DNA of 59,880 bases, filler included, from Candidatus Woesearchaeota archaeon (lineage in GTDB: Archaea; Nanobdellota; Nanobdellia; Woesearchaeales; JACPBO01): NCBI GenBank assembly GCA_016180285.1. It is 3 parts of 3 records of this genome, joined end to end, with 100 filler letters (N's around TTAATTAATTAA, not from the genome) between each part and the next. Parts side by side here need not be neighbours in the genome. Positions count along the whole stretch, not along the records: positions 47,242 to 59,880 come from JACPBO010000047.1; 2 more parts are not named here. One strand, written 5' to 3'. Of the stretch, positions 47,142-56,856 are shown piece after piece. The translations under genes and the position numbers were made by a program. The notes beneath the pieces are model-generated. The model was given only the letters and a program-made list of their open reading frames with translations. It was not told where the DNA came from and made no database searches. Each line of letters starts with the position of its first letter. Position 1 is the stretch's first letter.

Positions 47142-47241
47142 NNNNNNNNNNNNNNNNNNNNNNNNNNNNNNNNNNNNNNNNNNNNTTAATTAATTAANNN
47201 NNNNNNNNNNNNNNNNNNNNNNNNNNNNNNNNNNNNNNNNN
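47142..47241. other. Artificial contig-join spacer
   Basis: N run with TTAATTAATTAA. Confidence 0.97.
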
Positions 47242-47728
47242 TGATGAAAAGAAAGAGGCAATAAGCCAGATTCTACCAGAACTAAAACGCTTAGAGGGAA
47301 TGAAAAAAGAAGAAATAAATGCTTCAGTCTATAAAGGCAAGGAAGGATTAAAAACAATACATTCAGAAATGCTCAGGGAAGGAAAAAATGTTTATGTTCT
47401 GGGAGCAAAAGGCTTAATCTTTACAGAACTGCCATATTTCATTCCAAATTTTGAAAGGGAAAGGATCAAGAAAAAAATGAAATTTATCCTATTATACGAC
47501 AAGCAGGATGTTAAAGAGCATGAAGAGCATATTGCAAAAAGGCAATTTTTTGAAGGAAAAGTCCTGCCAAAAGGATATGATTCAAATGGAGTTGTGAATA
47601 TATTCGGAGATAAAGTTGCCATTGTTTTGTGGAAGGAGAAATACCCAACAGGATTCATGATAAACAACAAGGACATTGCCCTTGCTTTCAGAAAATGGTT
47701 TGAGCTGCTGTGGAAGCATTCCGGTTGA
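47242..47728 (+). CDS. TrmB-family regulator, C-terminal part (5' lost in gap)
   Basis: ILPELK...VYKGKEGLK...IFGDKVAI...FRKWFELLW. Confidence 0.8.
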
Positions 47729-47770
47729 AAAAACAAAAGTCTTTTAAATAATCCGCTATTTCTCAAAGCC

Positions 47771-48082
47771 ATGAAGCTGCCAAAAACAACAAAGCGTTAC
47801 TGCCCTTACTGCAAAAAGCATACAGAGCACACTATAATCTTCGGCAAGAAAAGAAGCCCCTCTTCAATGTCCTATGGATCCAAGTACAGGGCCAGAAAAA
47901 GAGGCCAGGCAAGGGGCCATGGAAATCTTGGCCGTTATTCAAAGCCAGCTGTCACAAAATTCAAGATGACGGGCAAGAAGCAGACAAAGAAGACGGATCT
48001 GAGATACGAATGCAAGGTCTGCAAGAAACAGCACATCCAAAAGAAAGGAATAAGAGCCAAAAAAGTGGAATTCAAGCAGTAA
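47771..48082 (+). CDS. rpl44e: 50S ribosomal protein L44e
   Basis: YCPYCKKHTEH...KQTKK.DLRYECKVCKK. Confidence 0.96.
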   Translation: MKLPKTTKRYCPYCKKHTEHTIIFGKKRSPSSMSYGSKYRARKRGQARGHGNLGRYSKPAVTKFKMTGKKQTKKTDLRYECKVCKKQHIQKKGIRAKKVEFKQ

Positions 48083-48143
48083 GTTCGAAAACTATATAAA
48101 TAGCTCTCTTTTTTCTCTTCTCAACATCAAGGGGGTTTAAAAC

Positions 48144-48326
48144 ATGAAACTAAAAGAGCCAACAAGCAAATTCATAAAGATAAGGTGCGCTAAATGCAAG
48201 AATGAGCAGATCTGCTTTGGAAAATCAACATCTGTTGTCAACTGCCTTGTCTGCGGCAAGCCATTGATAGAGCCGACCGGAGGCAAGACGCGCGTAAAAG
48301 GCCGCGTTCTAGAGGTGCTTGAGTAA
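48144..48326 (+). CDS. rps27e: 30S ribosomal protein S27e
   Basis: SKFIKIRCAKCKNEQ...CLVCG.PL.EPTGGK. Confidence 0.96.
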   Translation: MKLKEPTSKFIKIRCAKCKNEQICFGKSTSVVNCLVCGKPLIEPTGGKTRVKGRVLEVLE

Positions 48327-49099
48327 TGTTTTTCAAAAAAACCGGCTTTCCCGAAGAGGATGAGCTTGTTTTGTGCACTGTGACTGATATCCAGTATCAT
48401 TCTGTTTTCTGCAGCTTAGATGAATACGGAAGAATCGGCATGATTCACATTTCAGAAGTTGCTCCTGGAAGAATAAGGAACATCTACGATTTTGTAAAGA
48501 AAGACAAGAAAGTTGTCTGCAAGGTTCTGAGAATTGACTCGGAAAAAGGGCACATTGACCTTTCTCTGAGGAGAGTCACAGAAACCCAGAAGAAAAACAA
48601 GCTGGACCAGGTTAAAAAAGAGCAGCTGGCAGAAAAGATAATCGAGCAGGCTGCAAAAGAGCTGAATACTGATGTTAAAAAATTATATGACTCTATTGCA
48701 GGCATCATCTTTAAAAAATATTCCCGCATATACGCCTGTTTTTATGACATTGTTGAAGGCAAAGCAGGCTTGGAGGAATTAGGCATAGAGAAAAAAACTG
48801 CAAAAATTTTGGAAGATCTTGTAAAATCAAGGATTAAAAAACAGCAGGTTGTGATAAACGGCGAGCTTATGCTGAAAAGCTACCAGCCGAATGGGATCGA
48901 GATAGTAAAAGATGCCCTGAAAAACGCAAAGATATCTGACAAGCTTACAATAAGGTACAAGGGAGGCGGCAAGTACGTTGTCGATGTAAATGCCGATGAT
49001 TACAAGGAAGCGGAGAAGTTGCTTAACACGGCAATGGATAATGCTACTTCATTTATAAGAAAAAAGAACGGCGAAGGCGAATTCGTCAGAATAAAATGA
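48326..49099 (+). CDS. eif2a: Translation initiation factor aIF2 alpha
   Basis: FPEEDELV S1 domain, HISEV, VCKVLRID.EKGHIDLSLRRV. Confidence 0.95.
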   Translation: MFFKKTGFPEEDELVLCTVTDIQYHSVFCSLDEYGRIGMIHISEVAPGRIRNIYDFVKKDKKVVCKVLRIDSEKGHIDLSLRRVTETQKKNKLDQVKKEQLAEKIIEQAAKELNTDVKKLYDSIAGIIFKKYSRIYACFYDIVEGKAGLEELGIEKKTAKILEDLVKSRIKKQQVVINGELMLKSYQPNGIEIVKDALKNAKISDKLTIRYKGGGKYVVDVNADDYKEAEKLLNTAMDNATSFIRKKNGEGEFVRIK

Positions 49100-49272
49100 G
49101 CGCGCACATTTTAAAATGCGCTGAATGCGGAAAATACACGTTAAAAGAAGTTTGCAGCTGCGGCGGCAAGGCTGTAAGCGCAAGGCCGCCAAAATATTCT
49201 CCTGAAGACAAGTATGGGGAATACAGAAGAGCTGTTAAAAAAGAAGAGCTTGAGAAAAAAAGGTTGCTTTAA
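49096..49272 (+). CDS. nop10: H/ACA RNP component Nop10
   Basis: MSAHILKCAECGKYTLKEVCSCGG...PPKYSPEDKYGEYRR; conserved synteny; not in ORF track. Confidence 0.93.
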   Translation: MSAHILKCAECGKYTLKEVCSCGGKAVSARPPKYSPEDKYGEYRRAVKKEELEKKRLL

Positions 49273-50064
49273 ATGTGGGATGTTAAAAAGATTGCAGCAA
49301 TTCCGAAGCTTAACAATCCTATTCTTATAGAAGGCATGCCCGGAATAGGCAATGTCGGAAAAATAGCAGAGGATTTTCTGATAGACGACCTTAAGGCAAA
49401 AAAAGCCTATGATTTCTTTTCTTACAGTTTTCCCCATTCTGTTTTTGTGAATGAAGACAATCTTGTCGAGCTGCCCCAGATAGGCCTGTATTACAAAAAA
49501 TTCAATGATAAAAGAAGAGACCTTTTGCTTTTGGGCGGGGATATACAGCCTGTCAGCGAAGGTGCATGTTTTGAGTTCTGCGATAAAATACTCGACATAA
49601 TTGAAAAGAGCAATGTGAAGGAGATAATAACACTTGGCGGGATTGGGCTGCAGTCTGCCCCAAAAAAATCAAAAGTCTATTGCACAGGCAATTCAAAAGA
49701 AATTATCAAAAAATACAAAGAAGGCGTTGATGTGGAAGATAAGATTTATGGCACTGTCGGCCCGATAATCGGCGTTTCAGGCGTTCTGCTAGGCATGGCC
49801 AAAAGAAGAAACATAAATGCTGTTACTCTCCTTGCTGAAACATTCGGCCATCCGATGCACGTCGGCATCAAGGAAAGCCAGGAACTCCTGAAAGTTCTTG
49901 ATAAAAAGCTGAATCTCGGCCTTAATCTGAAAAAGCTTGAAAAAGACATAGATGAGCTCGAGAAAGAAATGCTCCAGAGGACAAAAAATTTAAGCGAAGC
50001 TATAAAGCAGACAAGCTTAAAGGGCATTAAAAGCAAGTTCAAGGACACTAATTATATCGGATAA
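49273..50064 (+). CDS. PAC2-family proteasome assembly chaperone
   Basis: IEGMPGIGNVGKIA, GDIQP, ITLGG, IIGVSGVLLG, C-terminal YIG. Confidence 0.9.
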   Translation: MWDVKKIAAIPKLNNPILIEGMPGIGNVGKIAEDFLIDDLKAKKAYDFFSYSFPHSVFVNEDNLVELPQIGLYYKKFNDKRRDLLLLGGDIQPVSEGACFEFCDKILDIIEKSNVKEIITLGGIGLQSAPKKSKVYCTGNSKEIIKKYKEGVDVEDKIYGTVGPIIGVSGVLLGMAKRRNINAVTLLAETFGHPMHVGIKESQELLKVLDKKLNLGLNLKKLEKDIDELEKEMLQRTKNLSEAIKQTSLKGIKSKFKDTNYIG

Positions 50065-50089
50065 TTGAATTTAGTAAAGTGGTGATAAT

Positions 50090-51379
50090 ATGGCAAATGA
50101 AATTAAGTCAATAAAAGCAAGAGAAGTTCTTGATTCAAGAGGAACACCGACTGTTGAAGTTGATATTGTAACAAAAAAAGGCACATCAAGGGCAATGGTC
50201 CCGTCAGGAGCATCAACTGGAAGCTATGAGGCATTAGAGCTTCGCGATGGAGACAATTCAAAATACCTCGGCAAAGGCGTGCTTAAGGCAGTTTCTAATG
50301 TTAACGAAATCATTGCCAAAAAATTGCTCAGCATGGATGCAGCAAAGCAGAAAGATATTGACAATGCAATGCTTGAGCTTGATGGAACAGAAAACAAATC
50401 AAAGCTCGGGGCAAATGCAACGCTTGCAGTTTCAATGGCGGTGTGCAAGGCAGCTGCAATGAGCAAAAAAATGCCTTTGTACGCTTATATTGCAAAACTT
50501 GCAAAGGTAAAAGAATACATCCTGCCTGTTCCGCAGCTTAATGTAATAAATGGCGGAAAGCATGCTGGCCAGGAAAATGACATTCAGGAGCACATGATAA
50601 TGCCTGTTGGCGCGAAAAATTTCAGGGAAGCAATAAGAATGGCTGCTGAAGTTTATGCGCATCTTAAGAAAATATTGAAAAATAAATTTGGCTCAAGCGG
50701 AACATTGATAGGGGATGAAGGGGGATTTGCGCCGCCGCAGTTCAGGTCAATACAGGAAAGGCTGGATGCAATGGCAGAAGCTATAAAAGCAGCCGGCTAT
50801 GACGAGAATACAATAAAGTTTGCAGTTGATTCTGCTTCATCTGAATTCTGCAAAGACGGCATTTATACAATCGACAGCAAAAAAATGTCTTCAGGCGAGC
50901 TTGTTGATTATTATGCTGATGTTGTCAGTGCATATCCTGTTGTAAGCTGGGAGGACTGCATGGCAGAGGATGACTGGGAAGGCTGGGCTGAGATGACAAA
51001 AAAGCTCGGAAATAAAATACAAATCACAGGAGATGATCTCCTCGTCACAAATCCAAAAAGAATAAAGGAAGCAATTGAAAAGAAAGCAGCAAATTCCGTC
51101 TTAATAAAGCTTAACCAAATCGGAACAGTTGCAGAAACACTGGAAGCAATAAACATGGCCCATAGGAAAAAATGGACAGCAGTATGCAGCCACAGAAGCG
51201 GCGAAACCGAAGATTCATTTTTGGCAGATTTTGTTGTTGGCATCAGAGGTGGCCAGATAAAATGCGGAGCGCCGGCAAGAAGCGAGAGATTGGCAAAATA
51301 CAATCAATTGATCAGAATAGAAGAAGAGCTTGATGGAAAGGCAAGGTATGCCGGCAAGGATTTTAGGAATATATATTGA
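50090..51379 (+). CDS. eno: Enolase
   Basis: REVLDSRG.PTVE, VPSGASTG, GDEGGFAP, SHRSGETED, RSERLAKYNQL. Confidence 0.97.
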   Translation: MANEIKSIKAREVLDSRGTPTVEVDIVTKKGTSRAMVPSGASTGSYEALELRDGDNSKYLGKGVLKAVSNVNEIIAKKLLSMDAAKQKDIDNAMLELDGTENKSKLGANATLAVSMAVCKAAAMSKKMPLYAYIAKLAKVKEYILPVPQLNVINGGKHAGQENDIQEHMIMPVGAKNFREAIRMAAEVYAHLKKILKNKFGSSGTLIGDEGGFAPPQFRSIQERLDAMAEAIKAAGYDENTIKFAVDSASSEFCKDGIYTIDSKKMSSGELVDYYADVVSAYPVVSWEDCMAEDDWEGWAEMTKKLGNKIQITGDDLLVTNPKRIKEAIEKKAANSVLIKLNQIGTVAETLEAINMAHRKKWTAVCSHRSGETEDSFLADFVVGIRGGQIKCGAPARSERLAKYNQLIRIEEELDGKARYAGKDFRNIY

Positions 51380-51385
51380 TAAAAA

Positions 51386-52918
51386 ATGAACCCAAAACAC
51401 CGCGTTGTCCTAATTATCGCAGATGGCTGGGGCATTGCTCCAAAAGGCCCGGGGAATTACATTGAAATGGCCAAAAAGCCAAATTTTGATTTTTACATTA
51501 AAAAATATCCGCATTGCATAAACCTTGCTTCTGGAAATGCTGTCGGCCTGCCGGAAGGATCGCAGGGCAACTCAGAAGTCGGCCACCTCCATATTGGCGC
51601 AGGCAGGATTGTATGGCAGATGTACGAATTAATAAACAGGTCTGTAAAAAATAAAAGTTTTTTTAAAAACAAAGTCTTGGTCAATGCAGTGGAATTTGCA
51701 AAGAAAAATAATTCCAGCCTGCATCTTTTAGGAATGTGCTCTGATGAAGGCGTTCATTCTCACACAGATCATCTTTTTGCATTAATGGAAATGGCAAAAA
51801 AATTCAAATTAAGCAAAGTCTATATTCATTTTATCGCTGATGGCAGAGATGTTCCTGAGAAATCCGCATTAAAATACGCAAAGGAAATTGAAAAGAAGAT
51901 AAAAGAAACAGGCATTGGCAAAATAGCAACAATTGTTGGAAGGTATTATGCAATGGACCGGGATTCAAATTGGGACAGGACAAAGCTTGCCTATGAAATG
52001 CTTACTGGAGGAAAAGGGATTAAGGCAAAAAATGCAGAAGAAGCTGTTAATAATGCTTACGAAAGAGGGGATAAAACAGATTATTACATGCAGCCTACAG
52101 TCATTGACGAAAACGGAATAATAAAAGACAAAGACTCTGTAATATTCTTTAATTTCAGGACAGACAGGCCAAGACAATTGACAAAGTCATTTATTTTTAA
52201 GAACTTTTCAGAATTCGAGAGAAAAGCGCAGCCAAAAATTCTTTTTACAACAATGGCGATATACGATAAAACATTTAATTGCCCATTTGCTTTTAGCGAA
52301 GAAAAAATAAAAAACAACTTGGGGAATGTTATAGCGCAGCACAATTTAAAACAGCTTAGGCTGGCAGAAACCGAGAAATACGGCCACGTAACCTTTTTTT
52401 TCAATTCGCAGATTGAAGTCCCGAATAAAGGCGAAGAAAGGATAATGATACCGAGCCCAAAAGTTCCATCATATGATCTGAAGCCGGAAATGAGCGCTTA
52501 TGGAGTTGCTGATGAGGCTGTAAAGCAGATCAAATCCAAAAAATACGATTCTGTTGTTATTAATTTTGCAAACTGCGATTTGGTCGGCCATTCTGCTGTA
52601 AAAGAAGCAATAATAAAATGCGTTGAAGTGGTTGATGAATGCCAGGGAAAAGTCATAAATGCTGCGCTTGAAAATGGTTATGTTGCAGTTTTGACAGCAG
52701 ACCACGGCTCTGCAGAGGAAAAGCTCTACAAAGACGGAACACCATGCCCGGCGCATTCTGCAAACCCTATAAATTTCATAATTATTTCAAAAGACGAAAA
52801 GCTGCAGAAGATAAAATTAAAAAATGGCGGCCAGAAGAATGTTGCCCCAACTATCCTCGAGATCATGGGATTGAAAAAGCCAAAAGAGATGGCAGGCGAA
52901 AGTTTAATAATGCATTGA
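51386..52918 (+). CDS. gpmI: 2,3-bisphosphoglycerate-independent phosphoglycerate mutase
   Basis: DGWG, GNSEVGH..IGAGR, GRYYAMDRD, AETEKYGHVTFFFN, DLVGH, TADHG. Confidence 0.96.
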   Translation: MNPKHRVVLIIADGWGIAPKGPGNYIEMAKKPNFDFYIKKYPHCINLASGNAVGLPEGSQGNSEVGHLHIGAGRIVWQMYELINRSVKNKSFFKNKVLVNAVEFAKKNNSSLHLLGMCSDEGVHSHTDHLFALMEMAKKFKLSKVYIHFIADGRDVPEKSALKYAKEIEKKIKETGIGKIATIVGRYYAMDRDSNWDRTKLAYEMLTGGKGIKAKNAEEAVNNAYERGDKTDYYMQPTVIDENGIIKDKDSVIFFNFRTDRPRQLTKSFIFKNFSEFERKAQPKILFTTMAIYDKTFNCPFAFSEEKIKNNLGNVIAQHNLKQLRLAETEKYGHVTFFFNSQIEVPNKGEERIMIPSPKVPSYDLKPEMSAYGVADEAVKQIKSKKYDSVVINFANCDLVGHSAVKEAIIKCVEVVDECQGKVINAALENGYVAVLTADHGSAEEKLYKDGTPCPAHSANPINFIIISKDEKLQKIKLKNGGQKNVAPTILEIMGLKKPKEMAGESLIMH

Positions 52919-52927
52919 TTTTTATCT

Positions 52928-53611
52928 ATGCTTATGAACCTAACAGATATCAAATCCAAAATCCCCAAAGACTTATTTAACACCCTGGAGCAGTCAGGCA
53001 TAAAGGAATTAAGGCCCTGCCAGGAAAAATCAATAAGCAAAGGCCTTCTTGAAGGAAAGAATCTTCTGGTCTGCACGCCAACCGCATCCGGCAAAACATT
53101 GGTTGCAGAGTTGGCTGCCATAAGCTCAATAATGGAAGGCAGGGGAAAAGCAATCTACATTGTTCCGTTAAAGGCATTGGCAAATGAAAAATTCAAAGAA
53201 TTCTCAAACAAATACGGCAAATTCATTAAAATAGCCCTCTCTATTGGCGACATTGATTCTGCAGACTCCTACCTTATAGATTATGACTTCATAATATGCA
53301 CTGCTGAAAAGCTGGATTCATTGATAAGGCACCATACGCCGTGGCTTAAGTATGTCAAAACCATTATTGTTGATGAAGTTCATTTGATGAACGATCCGGG
53401 CAGAGGCCCGACTTTGGAGATCCTGCTTACAATCCTAAGGGAGATTCTGAAGAATGTGCAGCTTATCGCCCTATCCGCAACAATAGGCAACCCTGAGGAG
53501 CTTGCAGAATGGCTCAATGCAGAGCTCGTTATCGACAGCTGGAGGCCTGTAGAGCTGCGCAAGGGAATTTATTTGGATGGGAAAATAGAATTTGAAGAAA
53601 AAGAAAAATAA
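52928..53611 (+). CDS. Stand-alone N-terminal RecA domain of a Ski2/Hel308-like DExH helicase
   Basis: Q motif LRPCQ, PTASGKT, PLKALANEK, DEVH, LSAT, WRPVEL then stop. Confidence 0.85.
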   Translation: MLMNLTDIKSKIPKDLFNTLEQSGIKELRPCQEKSISKGLLEGKNLLVCTPTASGKTLVAELAAISSIMEGRGKAIYIVPLKALANEKFKEFSNKYGKFIKIALSIGDIDSADSYLIDYDFIICTAEKLDSLIRHHTPWLKYVKTIIVDEVHLMNDPGRGPTLEILLTILREILKNVQLIALSATIGNPEELAEWLNAELVIDSWRPVELRKGIYLDGKIEFEEKEK

Positions 53612-53614
53612 AAA

Positions 53615-54043
53615 TTAAATCGAGCCTGCACCCGCCATCATCGAAATTCCTATTGCAACTGCTATTGCCGCTACAATCAATCCTATGATGAACGCTGCGA
53701 TTATGCTTAATACAAACCAAATTAGCCACACTAAAGCAGTTTTGCTCCAGTCTATTTTGTATTTTGCGTTGATCAGCCACAGGCCAAGTATAATGCTTAC
53801 AATGAAAGAAACTATGGCCATTATCATAGCCAACGCTATGCTTACAGAGCCAATTATGCTGAATATTAGCCCAACAATTCCAACAATCAACGCCACCATA
53901 AATGCCGTTCCATAAGATGTGTCTTTTAATTTAAAAATCTTTGTCGACAGCATCAGCAATAATGCGCTTATTGGCACCATTATGATTGTCGATATCACAG
54001 ATATAACAATTTGCGCTCCAAATGCCATAATCAACACCTCCAT
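53615..54043 (-). CDS. Hypothetical membrane protein (about 4 TM)
   Basis: Highly hydrophobic; GGAGGT RBS favours the second Met. Confidence 0.8.
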   Translation of the reverse strand: MEVLIMAFGAQIVISVISTIIMVPISALLLMLSTKIFKLKDTSYGTAFMVALIVGIVGLIFSIIGSVSIALAMIMAIVSFIVSIILGLWLINAKYKIDWSKTALVWLIWFVLSIIAAFIIGLIVAAIAVAIGISMMAGAGSI

Positions 54044-54134
54044 GTTGTTTTTGTATAATTTCGATGTTTTATTATATAAGCTTTTCTGAAATCAGGCTTC
54101 TCAGCTGAATTGTTCCCCCACCATAACATTTATA

Positions 54135-55697
54135 ATGGCCGAATTAAATATGCAGGATATGCAGCAATATGATGTCGTTCTGGTAAGCGGGGAATATTAC
54201 GCAGACCATCCTCTGTCTGCTGCCGGCATCCTGGTCAGAGTTTTAAAAGACAAAGGCTATTCTGTGGCTGTAATTGAAAAGCCGGATTGGAAAACAGACA
54301 AGGATTTCTTAAAATTCGGCAGGCCTAGATTATTTTTCGGAGTTACTTCCGGCTCAATTGATTCTATGCTGGTTAATTACACCCCTTTGAAAAAATTAAG
54401 GTCTGAAGACAAAAAACACCCGTATTATTCCGGCATCCCTGACAGGGCTGTAATTGTATATTGCAATAAGCTGAAGCAGTTGTTTAAGGATTCTGTTCTG
54501 GTGATCGGAGGAATAGAAGCTTCTATGAGAAGATTTACGCATTATGACTACTGGAATAATGGCCTGAGAAAGAGCATATTGTTTGATTCGAGGGCAAATA
54601 TCCTTGTTTATGGGAGCGGGGAATACCAGATAATTGAGATAGCAGATAGGCTAAAGCAGGGAAAAAGCATTGAAAATATAGAAAGCACATGCATTGTTTC
54701 AGATAATGCTCCAAAAGATTTTGAAATAATTCCCTCCCATGAAGAAGCCTCAAAAGACAAAAAAGTTTTCTGCAGGATGCAGCTGATGTTTTCGCAAAAA
54801 AAGAATATTGCGCAAAAAACAGCAGATAAATATGTTCTGCAGCATAAGGCGCACAATTATACATCTCAGGAACTGGATTATATTTATGGATTGGGCTATT
54901 CAAGGGATATCCCTAAAAAATTCCCGGAATTCAGGATGGCTCAGTTCAGTGTTGTAACTCATCGCGGCTGCATAGGCGATTGCAATTTCTGCTCAATTTC
55001 CCTGCATCAGGGAAGCAGGATAGTTTCAAGAAGCGAAAAATCAATTTTAGATGAATTGAAAAGAATTACAAAACACAGGGATTTCAGGGGATACATTGAT
55101 GATTTTGGCGGGGCTTCTGCAAATATGTACGGCATGGATTGTGTGAAATGCGATAATAACATTTGCATGAGCTGTAAAAATTTAGATAAATCACATTCAA
55201 GGCTCATTCATCTTATGAGAGAAGCCAGGAAAATACCCGGGATAAAAAAGATATTCATAAGGTCCGGAATAAGGTATGATCTGGCTGTTGAAAGCGAAGA
55301 ATATGTGAAAGAATTATCACAGCACCACATAAGCGGATGCTTAAAAATAGCGCCGGAACATTTTTCTGAAAAAGTGCTTAAGCTCATGAACAAGTCAAAC
55401 AATAGTTTTGATAAGTTTAAGCAGATGTTTGATAAATATAATCTGCCTTTAAATCAGTCTTTAAAATACTATTTCATGACAGGCCATCCGGGAAGCACTT
55501 TTGATGAAGTTGAGATATTGGCCTTAAAATTAGGCAAACTAAAAAATACTGAAAGCGTTCAATTATTCACGCCAACGCCAATGACAGTCTCAACATGCAT
55601 GTATTATGCTGGATTAAATCCTTACACTTTAGAAAAGGTTTACGTTCCCTATACTTATAATGAGAAGAAAAAGCAGAAGAATATACTTTACAGATAA
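54135..55697 (+). CDS. YgiQ/UPF0313-family radical SAM protein
   Basis: FFGVTSGSIDSM..NYT, PDRAVIVY, GGIEASMRR..HYDYW, HRGCIGDCNFC, GGASANMYG, SGIRYDL, KIAPEH. Confidence 0.93.
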   Translation: MAELNMQDMQQYDVVLVSGEYYADHPLSAAGILVRVLKDKGYSVAVIEKPDWKTDKDFLKFGRPRLFFGVTSGSIDSMLVNYTPLKKLRSEDKKHPYYSGIPDRAVIVYCNKLKQLFKDSVLVIGGIEASMRRFTHYDYWNNGLRKSILFDSRANILVYGSGEYQIIEIADRLKQGKSIENIESTCIVSDNAPKDFEIIPSHEEASKDKKVFCRMQLMFSQKKNIAQKTADKYVLQHKAHNYTSQELDYIYGLGYSRDIPKKFPEFRMAQFSVVTHRGCIGDCNFCSISLHQGSRIVSRSEKSILDELKRITKHRDFRGYIDDFGGASANMYGMDCVKCDNNICMSCKNLDKSHSRLIHLMREARKIPGIKKIFIRSGIRYDLAVESEEYVKELSQHHISGCLKIAPEHFSEKVLKLMNKSNNSFDKFKQMFDKYNLPLNQSLKYYFMTGHPGSTFDEVEILALKLGKLKNTESVQLFTPTPMTVSTCMYYAGLNPYTLEKVYVPYTYNEKKKQKNILYR

Positions 55698-55706
55698 TAA
55701 TTCAAT

Positions 55707-55778
55707 TTTCTGAAATCAACCCTCCAATCCCAACCCTCTTATCACCATCTCAGGATCAAACTTCATAAGATAATCATA
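55707..55778 (-). repeat. Diverged duplicate of the ftsY 3' end
   Basis: 60/72 identical to 56848-56919, including 27 bp perfect; encodes YDYLMKFDPEMVIRGLGLEG-stop. Confidence 0.9.
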
Positions 55779-55783
55779 ACTCA

Positions 55784-56272
55784 TCATTCTTCTGTTTCTT
55801 TTTTATAAGAGCCAATCTTTTTCTTGATCTCTTCTTTCAATTTATTTACGTAAAGGCCAAACTGGAGCTCTACTTCTTTCCAGTCTTCAAATGTTATTGG
55901 AGTGCCGTAATAATTTATTCCGTTTCTTTTTGTCCTGGCTTTTTCAAAGAAATCCCAGCTAAGCTCTAATTCAGTATGCTTCTCGCATAAATACGAAAAC
56001 AGGCATTGATGGTTGTCTATCTTTATCTTTTCAAATCTTAGAAACGATTCAGCCAGTTCATGCAGCGCATCATAGAATAGCTTGTAAACGCTGTTCCATT
56101 GATTGCTTTGTTTTGGAAGATTTTTCTTAATGGCATTTGCCGCTTCAACATCCCCTTCTGCAATGATGAGTGTAGCTTTTATTTTCTCTATGCCCGCTTC
56201 TTCTGTGGCAATAAATTTTCCTTCTTTCTTGCATTTCAAAAATGCTTCCTTTTGAGTCAGATACTCAGGCAT
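55784..56272 (-). CDS. HEPN-domain protein (toxin of MNT-HEPN pair)
   Basis: YDALHELAESFL, NHQCLF, RTKRNGINYYG; coupled to MNT. Confidence 0.8.
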   Translation of the reverse strand: MPEYLTQKEAFLKCKKEGKFIATEEAGIEKIKATLIIAEGDVEAANAIKKNLPKQSNQWNSVYKLFYDALHELAESFLRFEKIKIDNHQCLFSYLCEKHTELELSWDFFEKARTKRNGINYYGTPITFEDWKEVELQFGLYVNKLKEEIKKKIGSYKKETEE

Positions 56273-56825
56273 TTATGCCCACCTTCACAAAGTCCATATC
56301 GCCTTTAATAAGATTGCCTTTAATAATGTTTCTGATCAATCCAACTCCGAATTTATGCAGTTCTTGCTGGTTATGGCAGATAAATAGTTGTACATTTCTG
56401 TGAAGCTTCATTTCATAATTTGCTATTTTCAAGCCTTCCGGATCGCCATAAATAAACAGATCTATATCGCTATTTTCATACCAGTCTGAACGTGCAAAGC
56501 TGCCAAAAAGAATTACTGCTTTAGCTTTTCTTAATGAGATTAGATGATTCAAAAAGCCGCTGTCATAAAGTTTGTTCAAAGCAAATAGCTTCTTCCTATT
56601 CTTGTAAGCAGGAGATTCATAATTGCTTGTGTAATACGGCATTTTGCCTCTTTCTTTTATCCGTTTAATCAACCCTTCTCTGGCAAACTGTTTAAGCCAC
56701 CTGCCTGCCTTGCTTCTCGCAAGCTTTGCATCTTCCAATACTTCTTCAAAATGCCACTCTTTAGTCGGATTTTCAAAAAACAATTCAAGCACATGATCTT
56801 CTTTGCTTCTCATAATAGTTCCCAT
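56265..56825 (-). CDS. HTH-fused minimal nucleotidyltransferase (MNT)
   Basis: ILFGSFARSDWYENSDIDLFI. Confidence 0.9.
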   Translation of the reverse strand: MGTIMRSKEDHVLELFFENPTKEWHFEEVLEDAKLARSKAGRWLKQFAREGLIKRIKERGKMPYYTSNYESPAYKNRKKLFALNKLYDSGFLNHLISLRKAKAVILFGSFARSDWYENSDIDLFIYGDPEGLKIANYEMKLHRNVQLFICHNQQELHKFGVGLIRNIIKGNLIKGDMDFVKVGINA

Positions 56826-56856
56826 AATAGGAACTAATATTTAAATCTTTCTGAAA

